From the NCBI GenBank assembly GCA_034530795.1, contig JAVRCH010000059.1:847-64846 (forward strand): 64,000 nt of DNA, in the 5' to 3' direction. Below, piece after piece: positions 19,674-29,244 of the stretch (position 1 is the first letter of the stretch; the number at the start of each line of letters is the position of its first letter). The translations under genes and the position numbers were made by a program. The stretch is from Nostoc sp. DedQUE12a (GTDB taxonomy: Bacteria; Cyanobacteriota; Cyanobacteriia; Cyanobacteriales; Nostocaceae). The notes beneath the pieces were generated by a model. The model was given only the letters and a program-made list of their open reading frames with translations, did not search any database and was not told the DNA's origin.

Positions 19674-19788
19674 TAAATTAATTCCAGTAAAGATAAGCTA
19701 AAAAAGCTCATTTTAATTCAATTCTAGCAACACAGCTTGTTCTTACTTAGTTGTAGGTTGGGCTTACGATCTGATAACTCAACATTAT

Positions 19789-20028
19789 TTACATTAACAA
19801 ACTTTCAATTTCTTCATCAGTAAAGCCAAATTGCCTAAAAATACGCAAAACATAAGCAGGAGACATTTCTTTTGCACCCATATCTATAGGAACGACTCTT
19901 CGTTGACCTTCAACTTCACGAGTATATAATCTATGGTCGCCTTTTCCTTCTCTATGAAATGTACAACCTGCTTGTTCTAAAAACTTAATTAACTCCTTGG
20001 GTTTCAGGGAAGGTATATTTTTAGGCAT
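19789..20028 (-). CDS. hicA: HicA-family toxin
   Basis: KPKELIKFLEQAGCTFHREGKGDHRLYTRE...VVPIDMGAKEMSPAYVLRIFRQFG matches the HicA (YcfA-like) pattern. It overlaps the upstream HicB gene by 8 nt. Confidence 0.75.
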   Translation of the reverse strand: MPKNIPSLKPKELIKFLEQAGCTFHREGKGDHRLYTREVEGQRRVVPIDMGAKEMSPAYVLRIFRQFGFTDEEIESLLM

Positions 20029-20287
20029 AAACCTTTCTTAATTCGTATATTTCTGTATCTTGTTCTTTCTCTTCAATATATAAAAATTCATGTAATTGCT
20101 CTATTGAAACAGGAGATTTATAAATATTAGTTTCAGACTCATAAACAATTTCAAAGGATTCAATTGCTTTTTTCAGCTTATTAATAGCATCTTCTTGAGT
20201 ATCCCCCTGGCCGACAATACCATTTTCTAAACATAAAGCAACCCAATAGCCAGAACTTTGTCTGAGTACAACTGTATAAAAATTCAT
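20021..20287 (-). CDS. hicB: HicB-family antitoxin
   Basis: MNFYTVVLRQSSGYWVALCLENGIVGQGDTQEDAINKLKKAIESF is a typical HicB N-terminal fold sequence. Confidence 0.7.
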   Translation of the reverse strand: MNFYTVVLRQSSGYWVALCLENGIVGQGDTQEDAINKLKKAIESFEIVYESETNIYKSPVSIEQLHEFLYIEEKEQDTEIYELRKVYA

Positions 20288-20371
20288 TTTTGTTACTTGT
20301 TGATGTTCTATAATTAGGAGAGCATTGCTTACTTTATTCTATTTTATAGGCTGAAAAAAAGAGGCGATCGC

Positions 20372-20470
20372 TTAATTAACTTGATTGATTGGTGCTTCTT
20401 GAGTTATTCCTTGTTTTACCAATCTATTTTCTATACATAAAGCAACCCAGTAACCCGCAATCTTTCGCAT
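20372..20470 (-). pseudogene. truncated HicB-like remnant (32 codons)
   Basis: MRKIAGYWVALCIENRLVKQGITQEAPINQVN* parallels SSGYWVALCLENGIVGQGDTQEDAINKL of the adjacent HicB. It is below the ORF-track threshold. Confidence 0.5.
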
Positions 20471-20518
20471 TAATTGACCTCTCCCCCAACCCCTCTCCGA
20501 AGCAATGAAATACTCTTT

Positions 20519-22216
20519 TTATCTAGGCCAAACTTTAATAGCTATATCAGCTAAATGTTCTGCACGCTTTTTAATTGCTTCTTCATTCCAAACATATATT
20601 TGTCTGAAATAATGATTTAATGACAAATTGCTAGTATTGAAATATACTAATTTTTCTGAAAAAGGTTTATTACCCATCTCAGAGTTATATCCTGTTAATG
20701 TGAGGTTACCTAACGTATGTAGCCATTTCTTCTGAACAGAAGCATGATTTCCTCCTAACATTGTTTTCCATTCTTTATTTAATGTCTGGGGCAGGATATG
20801 TTCAATAGTTAAACTATCTGACTTAACCTTTTCTTTAGTAAGAGATGACTCTAGGCTCTCTAAAAGAAGCTTCGCTCTATCAGTCAAACTTTTAGTGTAT
20901 ACACCCTTGGTCATAATCCCATCACGCAATGCATCATCATCAGGCCAAACTTTACTCTTATCATAGCCCTTCAATACTTGTTGTAATCCATCAACCAGAT
21001 CAGTAGGATTTACTTTCTGGACTTCAGAGTACAAGGCATTGAAAACTGATCCTAAACTTTTGGTAGAAATTCCAGCAAATAAACGACGTACAAAATATGA
21101 CTCTAGATAACGTAAAATTTCTTCAAACTTATCAAGCGAGAAGCTTTCCTGTTCATACTCATAATAAACATTGAGTAGGAATATCTGACAAGTCATAAAG
21201 TCAAGCCTTTTCAACCGCTGGAAGTAATGTCTTAATTTAGGTTCTGGTTCTTGTTCACAAAAATTAAGGCGTTGATAATACTTTGCAAACAGTATAAGAT
21301 TTTGTAGTTCAGACTTTACACCCATCCTTGAAGTATCAAAGCGTTTTTTGATATTTTTGTAAATTTCTTTTTGGTTAACTGCTTCGCCATCTTTACGTAA
21401 ATAAAACCAAAATGCGTTTGTTAATTCATCTGCATACTCTTTTTGGCTAACACTAGATTTAAAACTTTCTATGAAAGGTAACCATTCATTTTCATATACC
21501 TCTTCTCGTTCTTCATGAGGTAACCTCATAAATATATAGTTCCGAACTAAGTCTACCTGAGTTAGTTCTTCTCCCTTATTATTTAAACTTTCAAAAATAA
21601 GATATGGATTATCGTTTGCATCTGAAGTTATATTTACTACCACTAATTGTTCTAATATAATTTTTTTCAATCTTGTTAAATCAAGAGGTGTATCTTGATC
21701 GGGCACAGATTCTTTCAGCCGTTTATCAAAAAACTTATAAGCTTCATTTATTTCTCCTGTCTTCAATGGTGGATTTTTGCTTTTCCCTGTTTTACCTTCA
21801 ACTATAATTTTATATGCATCACGATCATTTTGAGTAGGTAGTACTTTAAAATAATCATCATTTTTCTGATATTTATTAATCAGATAAAATTCATATATCT
21901 GTTCAGACATTTGTTCGTCATATTTCTTGAGATGATTTCGTAATGCTGCTAGGAGAATACTAAGAGTGGTAAGACGTTGTTGCCCATCTATTACAATATA
22001 TGGAGTGATACCGTCAGCTGTTCCTAATTCTGCTTGTGTGACTATGGGACCAAGAAAATAAGAACCTTGTACTTCATCATTGTAGAGACTCATCAAATCT
22101 TCCCAAAGAGTCTTCCAATTTTTCTCTTTCCAAGAGTATGGTCGTTGAAACAGAGGTATTTGAAACTGTTTACCACCTTCTAGTAAGTTGCGAAGAGTCG
22201 TTTCTGAGGCTTTCAT
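20519..22216 (-). CDS. GmrSD-like type IV restriction endonuclease (DUF262 + DUF1524)
   Basis: The N-terminus has FQIPLFQRPYSWKEKNW and IDGQQRLTT (DUF262, ParB-like NTPase). The C-terminus has IEHILPQ...WLHTLGNLTLTGYNSEMGNKPF (DUF1524, His-Me finger). Confidence 0.8.
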   Translation of the reverse strand: MKASETTLRNLLEGGKQFQIPLFQRPYSWKEKNWKTLWEDLMSLYNDEVQGSYFLGPIVTQAELGTADGITPYIVIDGQQRLTTLSILLAALRNHLKKYDEQMSEQIYEFYLINKYQKNDDYFKVLPTQNDRDAYKIIVEGKTGKSKNPPLKTGEINEAYKFFDKRLKESVPDQDTPLDLTRLKKIILEQLVVVNITSDANDNPYLIFESLNNKGEELTQVDLVRNYIFMRLPHEEREEVYENEWLPFIESFKSSVSQKEYADELTNAFWFYLRKDGEAVNQKEIYKNIKKRFDTSRMGVKSELQNLILFAKYYQRLNFCEQEPEPKLRHYFQRLKRLDFMTCQIFLLNVYYEYEQESFSLDKFEEILRYLESYFVRRLFAGISTKSLGSVFNALYSEVQKVNPTDLVDGLQQVLKGYDKSKVWPDDDALRDGIMTKGVYTKSLTDRAKLLLESLESSLTKEKVKSDSLTIEHILPQTLNKEWKTMLGGNHASVQKKWLHTLGNLTLTGYNSEMGNKPFSEKLVYFNTSNLSLNHYFRQIYVWNEEAIKKRAEHLADIAIKVWPR

Positions 22217-22233
22217 TTTGAATTTAGTATAAA

Positions 22234-22247
22234 TTAGACTAGTCTAA
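22234..22247. promoter_or_regulatory. perfect 14-bp palindrome just upstream of the GmrSD-like gene
   Basis: ttagactagtctaa, 18-31 nt upstream of the start codon. Its function is unknown. Confidence 0.2.
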
Positions 22248-22294
22248 CAAAAAAATTTTAATTATACTTAAAAGGCTTTATCTGTAATAATTAG

Positions 22295-22320
22295 CAAAAA
22301 AGCCCGTCTAGGCGGGCTGA
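22295..22320 (-). terminator. rho-independent terminator of acnB
   Basis: The minus strand reads cagcccgcctagacgggcttttttgc: a GC-rich stem followed by a T-run, 55 nt after the acnB stop. Confidence 0.7.
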
Positions 22321-22374
22321 ATTAGTATAGCTTTAAGGTATAAGCGCTAAGCACTTAAGATAAATTATTACTAC

Positions 22375-25035
22375 CTACCTCGCTACCGTAGGCATACCTA
22401 AAATATCCTCAATCTTAGGCATATCTTCCAACGCAATGACTCTTCCCTCATCCTCAAAACCAACGATTTGATCGAAGTTCAAATAGCGATACAAATCATT
22501 AGCAAAAGGATCGATTTTCTTTGCCACAATATCCAAATATTCCGCTACTGTGGGAATGCGTCCTAACAGCGCGCAAACTGCTGCTAATTCTGCGGAACCA
22601 AGATACACTCGCGCATCTTTGCCCATGCGATTATTGAAGTTGCGGGTAGAGGTTGAAAACACTGTTGTACCATCAGCAACTCGCGCCTGATTTCCCATAC
22701 ACAAACTGCATCCTGGTATTTCTGTTCTCGCACCCGCAGCCCCAAAAATGGCGTACACTCCTTCTTCTTTTAATTGGTGTTCGTCCATGCGGGTTGGTGG
22801 TGCTATCCACAAGCGAGTTTTCACTTCACCAGCGCCTTCCAAAACTTTCGCCATTGCTCGATAATGACCGATATTTGTCATACACGAACCCAGGAATACT
22901 TCTTGCACTGGGTCATGAGCAACTTCCGATAATAATTTAACATTATCGGGGTCATTGGGAGCAGCAACAATTGGTTCTTTGATTTCGTTCAAATCAATTT
23001 CAATTATTTCAGCATACTCGGCATCGGCGTCGGCTTCTAATAACACGGGATTTGCTAACCATTCTTCCATTTTGGCAATGCGGCGGAGGATGGTACGCGC
23101 ATCCTGATAGCCCCGTGCTATCATGTTTTTCAAAAGTGCGACGTTAGAACGCAGATACTCAGAAATTGTCTCTACACTCAGCTTAATGGTAGAACCTGCA
23201 CAAGAACGTTCGGCGGTGGCGTCGGCGAGTTCAAAGGCTTGTTCGACTTTCAAATCTGGCAAACCTTCAATTTCTAAAATTCGCCCGGAGAAGATATTTT
23301 TCTTGTTTTGCTTCTCTACTGTGAGCAAACCTTTTTGAATTGCTACGTAGGGAATGGCATTTACAATATCCCGCAGGGTAACGCCGGGTTGCAATTCACC
23401 TTTGAATCTTACCAAAACTGACTCTGGCATATCCAAAGGCATGACGCCCAATGCCGCAGCAAAAGCTACTAAGCCAGAACCGGCGGGGAAGGAAATTCCT
23501 AAGGGGAAGCGGGTGTGGGAGTCGCCGCCAGTTCCCACGGTGTCTGGTAGCAGCATTCGGTTTAACCAAGAGTGGATGATACCATCACCGGGATGCAAGG
23601 CAACACCGCCACGTTGGGCAAAAAAGTCGGGGAGGTCGTGGTGAGTTTTAATGTCTACTGGTTTGGGATAAGCTACTGTGTGGCAGAAACTCTGCATTAC
23701 TAAGTCTGCACTGAAACCCAGACAAGCGAGTTCTTTTAATTCGTCGCGGGTCATGGGGCCTGTGGTATCCTGAGAACCAACGGTGGTCATGATGGGTTCG
23801 CAAGATGTACCGGGACGGACGCCAGGTAAGCCGCAAGCTTTACCCACCATTTTTTGGGCTAAGGTGTAGCCCTTGCCTGTGTCGTTGGGTTGTTGGGGAC
23901 GGATAAAAACGGTACTGGGTTCTAAACCGAGTGCAACGCGTGTTTTATCGGTGAGGGTACGCCCGATAAGTAGGGGGATGCGTCCACCTGCGCGGACTTC
24001 ATCGAGGATGGTATCTGGTTTGAGAGTGAAGGTAGAAATAACTTCCCCTGCTTCATTGGTAATTTCACCTTTGTAGGGATGGATGGTAATTACCATGCCG
24101 GTTTCTAGTTTGGTGACATCGCACTGGATAGGCAAAGCACCGGCATCTTCAGCTGTGTTAAAGAAGATAGGCGCGATCGCACCACCTAAAATATACCCCC
24201 CAGCGCGTTTGTTTGGCACATAAGGTATATCATTTCCCAAATGCCACAACACCGAATTTATAGCAGACTTCCGCGAGGAACCCGTACCAACCACATCCCC
24301 CACGTAAGCTACAGGATGTCCCTTCTTTTTCAGTTCGGCAATGGTTTCTAAACTTCCCGGTTGCCGTGACTCTAACATCACTAAAGCATGTAAGGGAATA
24401 TCTGGGCGAGTTGTGGCGCTTTGGGCGGGGGATAAATCATCAGTGTTGGTTTCCCCAGGAACTTTAAAAACAGTAACAGTAATGGCTTCTGGTACAGTCG
24501 GGCGGGCAGTAAACCACTCAGCTTCAGCCCAAGAGTCAACTACTAGTTTGGCAAAAGGATTGGTTTTCGATAACTCCAAAACATCATGGAAAGCATCGTA
24601 TACCAACAAAATTTTGCTTAAGGCATTGGCGGCGTAGGCGGCGATGGGTTCCTTTCCTTGTCCCCCCATCACCAGGGGTGTTTCGGAAGAGTCTGATACA
24701 GATACGGTAGGGAATTGCAGCAAATCAATTAAAGCTTGTACGTTATAGCCGCCCACCATTGTGCCCAGCAATTGCACCGCTTGTATGGGGGAAATTAAGG
24801 GACTGGTAATTTCTTTCTTGGCAATACCTGTGAGAAATCCAGCTTTTACATAGGCAGCTGCATCGACACCGGGGGGGACGCGATCGCTCAATAAATGCAA
24901 TAATGTATCTTCTTCACCCTTGGGCGGATTCTTCAGTAATTCACATAATTCTGAGGTTTGCTTCGCATCCAACGGTAAGGGGGGGATTCCTAATGCTGCC
25001 CTTTCTACAACATGTTGACGGTATTGTTCTAGCAT
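22375..25035 (-). CDS. acnB: bifunctional aconitate hydratase 2 / 2-methylisocitrate dehydratase
   Basis: The N-terminus [42 protein letters not shown]...[17 protein letters not shown] closely parallels E. coli AcnB. Aconitase Fe-S cluster Cys motifs are present ([14 protein letters not shown]). 886 aa. Confidence 0.95.
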   Translation of the reverse strand: MLEQYRQHVVERAALGIPPLPLDAKQTSELCELLKNPPKGEEDTLLHLLSDRVPPGVDAAAYVKAGFLTGIAKKEITSPLISPIQAVQLLGTMVGGYNVQALIDLLQFPTVSVSDSSETPLVMGGQGKEPIAAYAANALSKILLVYDAFHDVLELSKTNPFAKLVVDSWAEAEWFTARPTVPEAITVTVFKVPGETNTDDLSPAQSATTRPDIPLHALVMLESRQPGSLETIAELKKKGHPVAYVGDVVGTGSSRKSAINSVLWHLGNDIPYVPNKRAGGYILGGAIAPIFFNTAEDAGALPIQCDVTKLETGMVITIHPYKGEITNEAGEVISTFTLKPDTILDEVRAGGRIPLLIGRTLTDKTRVALGLEPSTVFIRPQQPNDTGKGYTLAQKMVGKACGLPGVRPGTSCEPIMTTVGSQDTTGPMTRDELKELACLGFSADLVMQSFCHTVAYPKPVDIKTHHDLPDFFAQRGGVALHPGDGIIHSWLNRMLLPDTVGTGGDSHTRFPLGISFPAGSGLVAFAAALGVMPLDMPESVLVRFKGELQPGVTLRDIVNAIPYVAIQKGLLTVEKQNKKNIFSGRILEIEGLPDLKVEQAFELADATAERSCAGSTIKLSVETISEYLRSNVALLKNMIARGYQDARTILRRIAKMEEWLANPVLLEADADAEYAEIIEIDLNEIKEPIVAAPNDPDNVKLLSEVAHDPVQEVFLGSCMTNIGHYRAMAKVLEGAGEVKTRLWIAPPTRMDEHQLKEEGVYAIFGAAGARTEIPGCSLCMGNQARVADGTTVFSTSTRNFNNRMGKDARVYLGSAELAAVCALLGRIPTVAEYLDIVAKKIDPFANDLYRYLNFDQIVGFEDEGRVIALEDMPKIEDILGMPTVAR

Positions 25036-25766
25036 TTTTGTATTCTCGTTGGGATGTTCTACTTTTAATTATGAAATATTTTTAGGCAAGACTTAGCTAT
25101 AAAAGTTTACCTTACTTTTATTACTGAAAGCCTTACTGGCGATCGCTTATTAGCAATTTATTTTTATACTGAAAGTTTAGTTTTTGTCTCTCAAATATTT
25201 TTAACTTTTTATAGACTACGAACAAACTTGTTTACTGTTGCTGTAGACTCCACCTTAGTTAGAAATTAATTATTTTACTGATAATTTATTCTGATTGTTG
25301 GTTTAACCAAGCTTCTAAATCAGGAATACTAGAAAAATCTAATAACGCCTCTCCTAAGTTTTCTAATTCTTCTATCGATAATCCTGTAATTCTGTCGATT
25401 AATAACGCATCAATTTCACCAATACGGCGATTGAGTAGACGCAGTATTAAATCTCTTTCTCCTTCTTGTCTTCCTTCTTCTTTGGCTTGTTCTCTGTCTC
25501 TTTGATAAAGTGGTTCTAGTCGCATAATTAACTCCCTATCATCTGCTTCTAATTCTTGATTTACTCTTAAATTTTCACGCAAGTTGTAAACTAATTCCAG
25601 GGTTGCTTTTTGATATGGATGATCTAATGGTAAGCCCTGCAACTCAATAATTGCTTGTGACTGCACGTTTCCTCTACCCAAAAGTCTCAACCATAAAGTC
25701 TCCGGTGTTGGCGGTAGTTGATGTATTGCTACAATTGCTGTCCGTAAGGCATCTGGCAGAAAATAG

Positions 25767-25863
25767 ACTTCTTGCAGAAGTCGGGAAAAGGGGAAGGGGA
25801 AAGGGGGAAAGGTTTGGTATTTTCCCTTTTCCCACCTCTTGCAAAAAGCACTTTTGCAAAAGG
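25767..25863. mobile_element. MITE-like repeat (family A) inserted in the Rpn/DUF4351-type gene
   Basis: gacttcttgcagaagtcgggaaaaggggaaggggaaaggggg...cccacctcttgcaaaaagcacttttgcaaaagg. It interrupts GV|YFLP and carries a stop codon. A TA duplication at the junctions is possible. Confidence 0.7.
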
Positions 25864-26124
25864 TTTAATGTACTCCTGGTAACCAACCTGCTTGTTGCAT
25901 AGTTCCAAAGCTAGATAACCTAGTTTCAGATACGGTAGGTGTCAGAATCCACAATTTAGGAATTTCCGAGTCCTGAAGTTTGGTTTTATTGGTTTTGGCT
26001 TCTCGTCGTAAGAAAGCCTTTACTTCTAATAATTTTAGAATACAGTCGCATATTTCATCGGTAGAAGCTGGATTACGAAAAGCTTCTATGAGTGCAGGAT
26101 GTTCCGCAAATCTTCCTAGCAAAC

Positions 26125-26256
26125 CTAGTAGTCTGCCAACCCAAAATTGCTAGGTTTAGACTGGGAAAAGAGGAAAGGGGAAGGGGGAAGGAATTAAAAC
26201 CTTTTCCCTTTACCCCTTACCCTTTACCCCGCCAAGTTTCCTTGGCGAACTACTAG
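26125..26256. mobile_element. MITE with 14-bp terminal inverted repeats inserted in the Rpn/DUF4351-type gene
   Basis: The ends are ctagtagtctgcca (26125-26138) and the reverse complement of 26243-26256, ctagtagttcgcca (12/14 match). CTAG is shared at both junctions. The core is G-rich like family A. Confidence 0.7.
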
Positions 26257-26574
26257 TATTTCTATATTAGAGCTTTGCTGTTTGGCAGGAGTGAATAAAA
26301 CATCTATTTCTTTAATTTCTCCTGAAAGTTTTTCTGATGCCTTGACTTCTCCGTAATTTTTTAATAACTCTTCTAAATAGTCTTTGGCGAATTTATCGTG
26401 TATAAAACGGGTCATTCAATTTTAAGATTGCGGAAGTTTTGAATTAATGTAAAGTTTTATTATATAGGAGTCCTGATTCATTTGTGAGAAGATAGATCCC
26501 GGATTTTTCAAAAAAGTCAGGGATCTAGACACGACGAGTTTGCCAAACCTTACTAAAATTATCGCGCAATTTTA

Positions 26575-26970
26575 CTAGATAGTTGTTACATTTTCATCCG
26601 ATGTTTTATTTGCGTTAGATTTTAACCGTGTTAATCTGCTTTTACGAACGCGTTCGCTGTCTCGAATCCCACCTGCAAGTTCATATTCATTGCTGTTTTT
26701 GCCGTACTTGCAACCAACCCACGTCAGCATTTTGTCTGAAACCTGATTTAAGTTTTTTTCCATCTCATCCAGCTTTTTTTTAGAAGAGTCAATCATAGCT
26801 ATAGCAACGTTATAATCATTAAGCATCTTGTGAAAATTCTCTATTAATTGAGTCAGGTTTTGCAAGTTGTAAGTATCATCAAAATTGAGATTTGGATCGA
26901 TAGCTTTCAGACCAGCAACTCTAAACTGAGCTTTTTTTAGAATTTGGGAGCTACGTTTTTTTACAGGCAT
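26575..26970 (-). CDS. hypothetical protein (131 aa)
   Basis: ORF track only; helical, Lys-rich. Confidence 0.45.
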   Translation of the reverse strand: MPVKKRSSQILKKAQFRVAGLKAIDPNLNFDDTYNLQNLTQLIENFHKMLNDYNVAIAMIDSSKKKLDEMEKNLNQVSDKMLTWVGCKYGKNSNEYELAGGIRDSERVRKSRLTRLKSNANKTSDENVTTI

Positions 26971-27226
26971 ACATTTACGCTTTTAAAAGCTTTACAGAGC
27001 TATTTTGTCTCAATTAACCTGTATTCTGGTTCAGCAAAAAGCGCATTTTTTTAGTAAAAGTTTTTATTTATGCCCGTGATTTCTCGGAATTTAATCATCA
27101 AAGGTTGATTTTCAGCACAATAATATTATGTTTAAGCAATAAACAATAGGGCACAGCAATGCTATGCCCCTGCAAATGGTCTGTATTCCATGCAATTGAG
27201 AACCGCTATCAGCGATCGCTTTAACT

Positions 27227-27415
27227 TTAAGGCTTAATGTTGTAACCTTAAGGCTTAATGTTCTAGCTCTAAGGCTTAATGTTCTAGCTCTAAGGCTTAA
27301 TGTTCTAGCTCTAAGGCTTAATGTTGTAACCTTAAGGCTTAAAGTTATAACCTTAAGACTTAATGTTCTAACTTTAAGGCTTAAGGTTCTAGCTCTAAGG
27401 CTTAATGTTGTAACA
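27227..27415. repeat. 21-bp tandem array, 9 units, non-coding
   Basis: The units alternate between ttaaggcttaatgttgtaacc and ctaaggcttaatgttctagct. The 104-aa ORF in the track is a translation of the repeat. Confidence 0.9.
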
Positions 27416-27602
27416 TTGATGATCAAAGTTTGTTGGTGAGTCCAATCATCGCTACATAATGTATATTGTTGATTTACAGCGATCGCAGAGTTGGAAAAAA
27501 CCTCAATAAAAATGAAAAGCTTATTTTATAGGCCTTTTGGCTTCCACGTAGGGTATTAGTCTGTGATACATTAACAGAGATACTGCCAAAAATCTCAATA
27601 GT

Positions 27603-27896
27603 ATGACAACTACTACAAACTCTCGCTATGTTACCCGACAGCCTGATATTTTATCCGGTGAACCGATTATTAAGGAAACTAGAACGCCTGTGAGAGCAAT
27701 TGTTGAAAATTGGCGTTTAGGTATTAGACCAGAAGAAATCCCGCTACACTTACCTCATTTAACCTTAGCGCAAGTTTTTGATGCTTTGAGTTTTTACTTA
27801 GATAATCAAGCAGAAATCAATGAATATATCGAGCGTAATCATGTCCCTGATGAATTAGTCCATCCAGCTATTAAAGCTAGATTAAATCAAAAATGA
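27603..27896 (+). CDS. DUF433-family antitoxin-like protein
   Basis: ILSGEPIIKETRTPVRAIVENW and LTLAQVFDALSFYLDN. Its stop overlaps the start of the next gene (ATGA). Confidence 0.7.
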   Translation: MTTTTNSRYVTRQPDILSGEPIIKETRTPVRAIVENWRLGIRPEEIPLHLPHLTLAQVFDALSFYLDNQAEINEYIERNHVPDELVHPAIKARLNQK

Positions 27897-28237
27897 CGAT
27901 TTTTGCTCAAGTTTATATTGATGAAGATGTGGATGTTCTTGTGGCTACTTTACTCTTAGCAAGAGGTTTTGATGCAACGACAGCACGAGAACAACAAATG
28001 TTAGGAGAACCAGATCAAAGACAACTAGCTTTTGCTGTATCTATTGGGCATTGTATTTTAACTCATAACCGACTTGATTTTGAGGAATTACACACAAACT
28101 ATCTAGTTAATAGTCAATCTCATCTAGGAATTTTAATTGCTAAACGCAGAAATTCTTATGAAATTGTCGAAAGAATTGCCATCCTTTTTGATACTTTGAC
28201 AGCAGACGAAATTGCTAATCAATTATTGTATATTTAG
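27893..28237 (+). CDS. DUF5615-family PIN-like (Mut7-C-type) toxin-like protein
   Basis: VYIDEDVDVLVATLLLARGFDATTA...ILTHNRLDF. It is the usual partner of DUF433. Confidence 0.65.
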   Translation: MTIFAQVYIDEDVDVLVATLLLARGFDATTAREQQMLGEPDQRQLAFAVSIGHCILTHNRLDFEELHTNYLVNSQSHLGILIAKRRNSYEIVERIAILFDTLTADEIANQLLYI

Positions 28238-28259
28238 CGCAATAATGATATAGCTTTTC

Positions 28260-28415
28260 ATGTCTCGCCCAAAACGCAATTTACAATCAGGTTTTTGCTA
28301 TCACATCACGACTCGCTGCAATAACCGCGAATTTCGCCTAGATTATGATAGTAATTACATCTATCCATCCACCCGTAGCCGTTTATCCGAACATCTCACC
28401 CCTAGCCCCAATTAA
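28260..28415 (+). pseudogene. N-terminal fragment of a Y1 (IS200/RAYT-like) transposase
   Basis: MSRPKRNLQSGFCYHITTRCNNREFRL fits the R..R....G..YH(V/I)T.R.N.R pattern of Y1 transposases. It then diverges and stops after 51 codons. Confidence 0.45.
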
Positions 28416-28418
28416 GTC

Positions 28419-29114
28419 ATGTCAGTTGCCCAAGATTTAGAACCAGCAGAAGATATAATATTTCCACCAGGAGATATAGAAAGTTACGAACCACCATTGG
28501 AAAGCGATTTACATCTACGCCAAATTATTCTGTTATTACAATGCTTAGAATTGTGGTGGCAAAATCGCAATGACTTTTATGCGGCGGGAAATTTGACAAT
28601 TTACTATAGCCAACGTCAACTTAAATCAGAAGAATTTCGCGGCCCAGACTTTTTTGTGGTGCTAGGATGCGAACGCAAACCGCGCAAAAGTTGGGTGATT
28701 TGGCAAGAAGACGGTAAATATCCAAATATCATTGTTGAGTTGCTTTCGTCTTCCACAAAAGCCACAGACAAAAGTTTAAAAAAACAAATCTACCAAGATA
28801 TCTTTCGCACCCCAGAGTATTTTTGGTTTGACCCGAATAATTTAGAATTTGTAGGGTTTCATTTAGTAGACGGTAATTACCAACCAATAGAACCGAACCC
28901 CCAAGGTTGGTTATGGAGTCAGCAGTTAGATTTATATTTGGGTGTGCAGAACAATCAATTACGCTATTTTACAGCACAAGGGCAGTTAGTACCGACACCG
29001 CAAGAATTGGCTGAACAAGAAAAGCAACGCGCAGAGCAAGAAAAGCAACGCGCAGAACGCCTAGCCGCTAAGTTGCGAGAATTAAATATTGACCCTGATA
29101 ATCTATATAGTTAA
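28419..29114 (+). CDS. Uma2-family (DUF820) PD-(D/E)xK endonuclease-like protein
   Basis: PDFFVVLG...NIIVELLSSSTKATD is the typical D...E.LS core. The C-terminus carries an EQEKQRA repeat. Confidence 0.7.
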   Translation: MSVAQDLEPAEDIIFPPGDIESYEPPLESDLHLRQIILLLQCLELWWQNRNDFYAAGNLTIYYSQRQLKSEEFRGPDFFVVLGCERKPRKSWVIWQEDGKYPNIIVELLSSSTKATDKSLKKQIYQDIFRTPEYFWFDPNNLEFVGFHLVDGNYQPIEPNPQGWLWSQQLDLYLGVQNNQLRYFTAQGQLVPTPQELAEQEKQRAEQEKQRAERLAAKLRELNIDPDNLYS

Positions 29115-29244
29115 AGCTTTGGTTTCTTAGAGGGTGTTTGAAACTGTGATTATCACTTTTTAACCTAAATTTTTATGGTGATATCTGGATATTTTTAACT
29201 AATTCCGATATAGTAATAAATTTGCCCCTTGCTTAAAACTTTTT

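Larger units (their letters stand above)
25286..26415 (-). pseudogene. Rpn/PD-(D/E)xK-type putative nuclease with DUF4351-like C-terminus, split by two small insertions
   Basis: There are three collinear pieces: 26415-26257 (MTRFIHDKFAKDYLEELL...EIKEIDVLF), 26128-25871 (LGLLGRFAEHPALIEAFRNP...KLWILTPT) and 25765-25286 (YFLPDALRTAIVAIHQLP...DRELIMRL...). Removing 26129-26256 (128 bp) and 25766-25870 (105 bp) joins the frames into one ORF of about 298 codons. Confidence 0.75.

Noticed and set aside
27112-27426. 104-aa ORF (LSLRARTLSLKV...)
   Set aside because: It is a periodic translation of the second 21-bp array, not a protein.
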